Source: Chthoniobacteraceae bacterium (lineage in GTDB: Bacteria; Verrucomicrobiota; Verrucomicrobiia; Chthoniobacterales; Chthoniobacteraceae). From it: a stretch of DNA of 52,228 nucleotides. The number at the start of each line of letters is the position of its first letter. Positions within the stretch are counted from its first letter, which is position 1. The stretch lies in assembly GCA_031409655.1 (NCBI GenBank), contig JANNXQ010000100.1, positions 1 through 52,228 of the forward strand. The letters are read 5' to 3'. Under the pieces are notes generated by a model. That model saw only the letters and a list, made by a program, of their open reading frames with translations. It had not been told where the DNA came from and made no database searches. Below, piece after piece: positions 47,301 to 52,228 of the stretch. The translations under genes and the position numbers were made by a program.

Positions 47301-49876
47301 TGGCCAAAGATCACGTAAGCGGCGCCGCCGCTATTGCCCACGGTGGACACATCCGGCGCTCCGATGATGAAATCGGCGAGGCCGTCCGCATTCACATCCC
47401 CGAGCCCGCTCACCGAGCGCCCGAGACGTTTGCCCAACCCGAGCCCGGCGAGCTTGAAACCATTCGCGCCGTTCAGCGTGGCAAGGTCGAGATCCGCGGC
47501 CAGACCGCTGGCCTGGCCAAAGACCACGTAGGCCGCGCCACTCTCATTGGTCGCGGCAAAGGCGCCGACGACCACGTCCGCCAAGCCGTCGCCATTCACG
47601 TCGCCCGCACCGCTCGCGGCGAACCCGGCGAGATCGCCCGCAGCCTCGCCCGTGACCCGGAAGCCGGTGGCTCCATTGAGTGTCGCCAGATCGAAACTCG
47701 CCCCGAAGCCCGTGGTGCGTCCGAAGATCACATAGGCTGCCCCGCGCCCGGCCGCGACCCCGCGCGCGCCGACGATCACATCGTCAAGCCCATCGCCATT
47801 CACGTCACCTGCGGTGCCCACCGAGCGCCCGAGTAAATCGCCCGTGGCGAGACCGGGGATCTTGAAGCCATTGGCGCCATCGAGCGCCGAGAGGTTGAGA
47901 TTCGCGGCGAAGGTCGTGCCTTTCCCAAAGACGACGTAGGCCGCGCCGCTCTGGGTGCCATTGGCGGCAGCGGTGTACGCACCGATGAGCAGGTCGGCAA
48001 AGCCGTCGCCATTGAGGTCGCCCGCCGCGCCGACCGACCGGCCCGCATAGTCGCCGGCCGCTTCGCCGCTGAGCCGGAAGCCGTTTGTCCCATCGAGCGT
48101 GGCGAGCTTGAGATCCGCCGGCAGGCCAGTGGCCTGGCCAAAGACCACGTAGGCCGCGCCGGTATTCCCGCCCGCCCCGAAGGCGCCAATGACGACATCC
48201 GCAAAGCCATCACCATTCACATCCCCAACCCCAGTCACCGAGCGACCGGAGAAATCGCCCGCCGCTCCGCCGCTGAGTCGGAAGCCAGTATGATCGGAGA
48301 AGCCGTCGAGGCCGGCGAGTTCCAGGGTGGCGCCGAAGCCGCCAGCCTGGCCAAAGACGAGATAGGAGGCACCGCGAGCCGTATTGTTCGGATCGGAGAA
48401 AGGGGCGCCGACGAGGATGTCGGCAAAGCCGTCGCCATTCACGTCGCCGGCGGGGCTCACGGCCTGGCCCGCGCGATCGTCCGCCGCCGCGCCGTTTAGT
48501 TGGAAGCCGTCCGTCCCGTCCAGCAGCGAGAGGGCGACCTCCGCTGCGAACCCACCGATCCGGCCAAAGACCACATACGCGGCGCCGCTCGCGCTCCCGT
48601 TTGGATCGGCTCCATCCGCGCCGATGAGAAAGTCCGCGAGGCCGTCCCCATTGACATCACCCGCGCCCCGCACGGAGACGCCCGCACCGTCACCCGGTGT
48701 TTCCCCGTTCAGTTTGAAGCCGGCATTGCCGCCGAGCGTCGCGACGGGGAGATCGGCAGGAAAATTTCCCGCCCGGCCAAAGATCACATAGGCGGCGCCA
48801 GTGGTCGCGCCGCTCGATCCGGCACCGACCGCGCCGACGAGCAGATCCGCCCGCCCGTCGCCATTCACATCGCCGGCCGCGTGGACCGCATTGCCGAGCT
48901 TGTTCCCCGCCGCTTCGCCGCTGATCCGAAAGCCCGTCGTCCCATCGAGCGTTGCAAGATCGATCCGGGGCGCGAGACCCGACGCCTTGCCAAACACCAG
49001 GTAGGCCGCACCGCTCTCACTGCCATTCAGGTCGGCACCCGCCGCTCCGGTGAGCAGATCGGCAAAGCCGTCGCCATTCACATCACCCGCCCCGCTCACG
49101 ACCGCGCCGGCGGAGTCGGCAAGGGCGCCGCCGCGCAGCTTGAAGCCATTCCGACCATTCAGCCTGGCTAGGTCGAGCTTCGCCGCGAAGCCCGCCGCTT
49201 TCCCATAGACCACGTAGGCCGCGCCGCTCCGTTCGTTATTGCTGGCCCCGATGAGCACATCCGCAAAACCGTCGCCATTCACATCGCCCGCCCCACTCAC
49301 TGCCCCGCCCGCGTTGTCGCCCACCGCTTCTCCATTCAGCTTAAAACCATTCCGTCCATTGAGCTTTGCGAGGTCGAGATTGGCCGAAAAACCCGACGCC
49401 TTTCCAAAGATCACATAAGCCGCCCCGCTCTGGGTTCCATGCGGAGACGCGCGGTCCGCACCGACCACGAGGTCCGCAAGGCCATCCCCATTGACATCGC
49501 CCGCGCCACTCACCGAGACGCCGGCATGATCGCCGGCCACCGCGCCGCTGATCCGAAAGCCATTCGTGCCATTGAGTGCCGAGAGTTCGAGAGCGCCGGG
49601 AACGAGCCCAGCCCGGCCAAAGATCACATAGCTCGCCCCAGAGAGGGGGCCATGCGGGTCGGCTTCGGGAGCGCCGATGATGAAATCGGCAAAGCCATCC
49701 CCATTCACGTCACCCGCCACGTTGAGCGTGCTGCCCGCCGAGTCACCGGGCGCCGCTCCCGTCAGTCGAAAGCCTTGGGGGCTCGCGAAGTCGGAAAGAG
49801 AAATGACCGGTGCGCCAGCCGGTGCGATGCGCGTTTCAAGCGGCTCGATCATGAATTGAGTAAGTGTCGTCTGCAT
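44366..49876 (-). CDS. FG-GAP surface protein 2, tandem paralog of protein 1
   Basis: MQTTLTQFMIEPLETRIAPAGAPV; 14 FG-GAP repeats; same domain order and helical inserts as 38691-44282. Confidence 0.9.
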   Translation of the reverse strand: MQTTLTQFMIEPLETRIAPAGAPVISLSDFASPQGFRLTGAAPGDSAGSTLNVAGDVNGDGFADFIIGAPEADPHGPLSGASYVIFGRAGLVPGALELSALNGTNGFRISGAVAGDHAGVSVSGAGDVNGDGLADLVVGADRASPHGTQSGAAYVIFGKASGFSANLDLAKLNGRNGFKLNGEAVGDNAGGAVSGAGDVNGDGFADVLIGASNNERSGAAYVVYGKAAGFAAKLDLARLNGRNGFKLRGGALADSAGAVVSGAGDVNGDGFADLLTGAAGADLNGSESGAAYLVFGKASGLAPRIDLATLDGTTGFRISGEAAGNKLGNAVHAAGDVNGDGRADLLVGAVGAGSSGATTGAAYVIFGRAGNFPADLPVATLGGNAGFKLNGETPGDGAGVSVRGAGDVNGDGLADFLIGADGADPNGSASGAAYVVFGRIGGFAAEVALSLLDGTDGFQLNGAAADDRAGQAVSPAGDVNGDGFADILVGAPFSDPNNTARGASYLVFGQAGGFGATLELAGLDGFSDHTGFRLSGGAAGDFSGRSVTGVGDVNGDGFADVVIGAFGAGGNTGAAYVVFGQATGLPADLKLATLDGTNGFRLSGEAAGDYAGRSVGAAGDLNGDGFADLLIGAYTAAANGTQSGAAYVVFGKGTTFAANLNLSALDGANGFKIPGLATGDLLGRSVGTAGDVNGDGLDDVIVGARGVAAGRGAAYVIFGRTTGFGASFDLATLNGATGFRVTGEAAGDLAGFAASGAGDVNGDGLADVVVGAFAATNESGAAYVVFGQASGLAADLDLATLNGANGFKLAGLGLGKRLGRSVSGLGDVNADGLADFIIGAPDVSTVGNSGGAAYVIFGQPAGFAAALDVTTLAAGRGLKFSGVAANDELGGAVSGPGDVNGDGFADIAIGATNVDGKAGATYLIFGRPSGFATDLKLSSLDGTNGFKLSGESLNDELGRSVSPAGDLNGDGLADLLVGASGAAGNTGASYVVFGAKSATAVFVSAGGRFVVRDADGDPVTVAVARGGFARVTLAVNGDIGTLEILHSNLASKLAISVPKNKGTTIGHILVTNGPGAAPEHFGAVKLGPGVILGDGTLSTGAALEITGKTKSLVLSDVGANARITLGRQLPYDAPDRRTPDTLNNHPNLSIRNVLGPGVEINVLGDGQPAGTGGGGLGKVVVKSWGRDASGALAAFPGSVRTTQSIGSFRLLQGDFGGGIEIDQEHVGSVTAAGIQLVSIRGAWGGTLTAEGVVGSFSAADFPGSIVAGAMKTLNLRGTFSGRVTLSSQTLGAGDFRDAGAFLGELAASTDAVSAFLWNELSATTKTTVLAAQAAPGDAPKQASALTALLPELNRLLNGFSIHNVTRFASVVLSDETSDLLASDPRGAELIRLNRLLLGDAYRDPGALHLGLLQEPLPLAAAQDFVAGDFPDPAALAAKLVAHADPVSAFLWSSLSAGQQRVLGSPTATVKQLQTTLLAAFNRLLDGPSIYDAGRFAGVALSAETAALTGLVTPDPAEVVRLNRLLLSDTFRDAARPFLGAFQEAPDPVGPALDKVKVTGEFTGALISESAIKNMALTSAFLGTVAADAVATITAFRFDGTLPLGQKSITVTDGTLGMIKATNGTIANYRIDADGQTFGGFSVNRTKLIVPTIGIHDVTVVATQIGNISVSLKADPSTPTVALTGIKDSAFVSTVAGVGKITSSHAVVDSSFLARTNLGGLQITAGNLDGATFLAGVNVGADHALGGAGADADTFFSATIGAIKVTGKASGSAIGAGYQLSPAGIVGGLASKIASLIITGTASGNTFAAGKFTTLPKVNGLPVVLGADPQFPILPAI

Positions 49877-49978
49877 CTCGAACCACCGGCAACGGGAATC
49901 TTCCGCCCTTTCCCAGAGAAGCATTTCTGGGTCCTTCCGCGGCTGCTCTCATGACCTTTGGCGGGTTGTCCGGCGCTT

Positions 49979-50089
49979 GGTGAATGGTGCGCTCCGCCGC
50001 GCCATGAGAACATGTGCGCGCAGCGCCACGCTGAGAAGATGGGCCTGCGGCGAGCGATTGGCATGGCGCGGCGGAGCGCACCATTCACC
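49979..50089. repeat. Perfect 28-bp inverted repeat with 55-bp spacer (REP doublet or MITE-like)
   Basis: GGTGAATGGTGCGCTCCGCCGCGCCATG (49979-50006) is the exact reverse complement of 50062-50089; pairing extends imperfectly by about 9 bp. Confidence 0.92.
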
Positions 50090-50190
50090 GAACGCCGGGA
50101 TGGTTTTTCAACAGCCTGCTGATCCATAGGTCGAGTTGCGGATTTGCCGCGCTGGACGCAATCGCGTTTTAACGGCTTACTAGTCCCGCT

Positions 50191-50883
50191 TTGAAACGCA
50201 TTGTTGCGATCATTCTGGCTTTATTGGTTCTCATTGCCGGGGCGGTGCTGAAGTGGCGCGAGGTCCATCCGGCAGGGAAAGTAAGTGGAGGCGGGCCACG
50301 AAGCGAAAGGTCGAGCGCGGTAGTCTTGGCAGAGCCTGCACCAGCCGGGAAAGATGCCAGTATCCTGAACGCAGCGAGCGCGGACCTTCCTTCGACGGAG
50401 GCATTTTCCGGCACGGTGAGGATTGTCGTTCCGGAGTTCGCGCCGATCCTGCTCCGCTCCGACGATGTTCCGGCGGAGGTGCAAATTGAAGCCTTCCTCC
50501 GGCGCACCGATGTCCCTGATCGGCTCAAGGCGCGAGCGCTGATTCAAATGCTGCCAGGATTGCCGGAAGAAGGCCTGACCAGAGCGGCAGAGGAGGTCGC
50601 CAATCGTCTTCCGGATGCCGACTACGCAACCATGCTTCTGCCAACGGTGCTCGATCCCAAAACGCCTGGCCTGGCAATGAGCGTTCTCTTTGCCGATCTG
50701 ATGGAACGGCCAGACGCGATCACGCTGCCGAGCCTGGTGACGATCGCCCGCAATCCCGAACACCCCTATGCGCCGTCGGCCCGGGACAATCTTGCACTCC
50801 TGTTGGAAAAAGATTTCGGCGGAGATTGGTCCGCTTGGGAAAAAGAAATCCGCTTGCGACTCGCTCAACGAAAAGGCCGGTGA
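50191..50883 (+). CDS. Hypothetical membrane-anchored alpha-helical protein
   Basis: TTG start, N-terminal hydrophobic anchor (KRIVAIILALLVLIAGAVLKW), low-complexity linker, amphipathic helical C-terminal half; fills the gap between neighbouring genes. Confidence 0.7.
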   Translation: MKRIVAIILALLVLIAGAVLKWREVHPAGKVSGGGPRSERSSAVVLAEPAPAGKDASILNAASADLPSTEAFSGTVRIVVPEFAPILLRSDDVPAEVQIEAFLRRTDVPDRLKARALIQMLPGLPEEGLTRAAEEVANRLPDADYATMLLPTVLDPKTPGLAMSVLFADLMERPDAITLPSLVTIARNPEHPYAPSARDNLALLLEKDFGGDWSAWEKEIRLRLAQRKGR

Positions 50884-50892
50884 GCGCTTGGT

Positions 50893-52228
50893 TCAATCTG
50901 GCAAGGGAATCTGTCCGGCCGGCAGGGTGAAAGCCGGTTCGTCTCGCGGGGGGATTGCTGGCTGCGGCTTTTGCGGTGGTGGTGGTGGCGCCTGGGGTGG
51001 GACCAGATCGCGGCCGGACTTGGTGCGAAGTTTTGGGCCTTCCATTTTTACGTCTTCGACGCGGAATGGGGTGCCGTCGGCGTGCTGGAGGAAGGGACGC
51101 ATTTCGTCGAGATGCAGGGGTCGCGAGCCGCGTCGGCCAAAGACCACGGTCTGCCCGCCCGTCTCATCCACGACCCGGTCGCGATCGAGCCCGCGCGATA
51201 CGGCGAGGGTCGGCTCCTTAGTCGGGTAAGTAGCGATCAACCGGGGCGACGGGCGTGGCGAGAAGCCGGCGGCCCCTTCCACGGTATCCGGTGAGATCAT
51301 TTGGAGAACCCGCAGGCCATTCCGCCCGTCGGCGACCAGCGCGTACATGGAAGCGGCAATGGAGCCGATCTGGACGGCGTGGGTATCGTTCAGCGCGCCG
51401 TCGGCGTTAAACATCCGGTCGAGGCGCGGACGCATCGGATTTTCGACGTCGATGATGGCAAGCCCTTCGGGACCATTGGCGACTTAAGCATAGGTGCGCG
51501 CGACATAGAGCCGATGCGCGTGGCGCAACCGGACCACCGCCCCCGGCACCGCGCGCGGGCGGTCCGGCTCCTCGAGATTCACGACCTTCAGTCCCTCATC
51601 GTCCGTCACGAAGGCGTATTGAAACTGCACCGAGATCCCGCGCGGGCGCTTGAGGAAGTCGCCGGTCAGTTCCCCGACGAGACGCGGCACCTCCGGGCGG
51701 GAGACATCGACGACGGCGAGCCCGCGCGGGGTGCAAAGGTAGAGCCGATGCCCCGCACAGACGACGTACTCGGCACCGGTCAGTTTTCCATCAGGGTTAA
51801 AGACGGCCTTCTTCTTGACGAAGTTATTTTCCGGATTGCCATCGAGCAAACCACGCACGTCCACCACGACGAGCCCGAGTTCAAGGTCGGTAACGAAGGC
51901 GTAGCAGTACCAATCCACGATCGGCTGCTCTTCATTTTCCGGCAGGCGGGCGCGCGTGGGATCGATGAGCAGCGTGCTCGGCAAGGCCACCGACGTGGCA
52001 AAGGGCGTGCGCACATAGGTCTTCTGTCCGAGTGGCGAAAAAGGGGCCGTCACGATCCGCTCGCTAAAGCCCTTCTGGTCGATGTTCGCCACGTCGAAAA
52101 TCTCGAAACCCCCGGGACCGTTGGCCGTGTAGAGATACTCACTCCGGAGTGTCAGATCGTGAATGATCTTGGCGTGATGCTCGTGACCCTCGACCAGCTT
52201 CCGGCCGCGATCGAGATGCGCCGCAAAG
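50893..52228 (-). pseudogene. LVIVD-repeat beta-propeller protein (3' part, runs off the window), interrupted by an in-frame TAA at 51484-51486
   Basis: One frame from the window edge to 50893 with blades YLYTANGPGGFEIFDV, YAFVTD.ELGLVVVDV, YAFVTDDEGLKVVNL, YA*VANGPEGLAIIDV, YALVADGRNGLRVL. The stop sits where a sibling blade has Tyr. Confidence 0.75.

Noticed and set aside
41230..49780. Regularly spaced DNA repeats (gccgtcgccattcacgtcgcc) suggesting a CRISPR array or DGR template
   Set aside because: They encode FG-GAP motifs in frame with synonymous variation; no cas or reverse transcriptase gene and no adenine-specific mismatch pattern seen.

Overview
GC-rich bacterial window. Gene content and motif style (LExRIAPA leaders, PEP-CTERM, autotransporter-type repeats, sulfatase) suggest Verrucomicrobiota, probably Chthoniobacterales-like; this is an inference. 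The first 10 kb is housekeeping: 3' part of recD, an FHA-FHA-ABC transporter, a Zn-ribbon/OmpA protein, argD-argF, a sulfatase and psd-pssA. From about 10.1 to 49.9 kb lies a surface-protein island. It has one TpsB/FhaC transporter and four TpsA (haemagglutinin N-terminal domain) paralogs that share a conserved ~100-aa C-terminal tail (..QLREQCARRLGLDFSSFLVIGRGG..). These are interleaved with five large extracellular proteins carrying other export tags: three with LExRIAPA leaders (two of them double FG-GAP propeller proteins), one PEP-CTERM passenger-repeat protein, and one Sec protein with an unnamed C-terminal domain. Two TpsA genes overlap the stop codon of the large gene upstream. A degenerate fifth copy of the TpsA tail makes a direct repeat around one LExRIAPA gene. 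Several unrelated REP-like palindrome families are present, two of them at TpsA 5' ends. The window ends with a hypothetical gene and an LVIVD-repeat gene broken by one in-frame TAA. No rRNA, tRNA, CRISPR array or transposase was seen.
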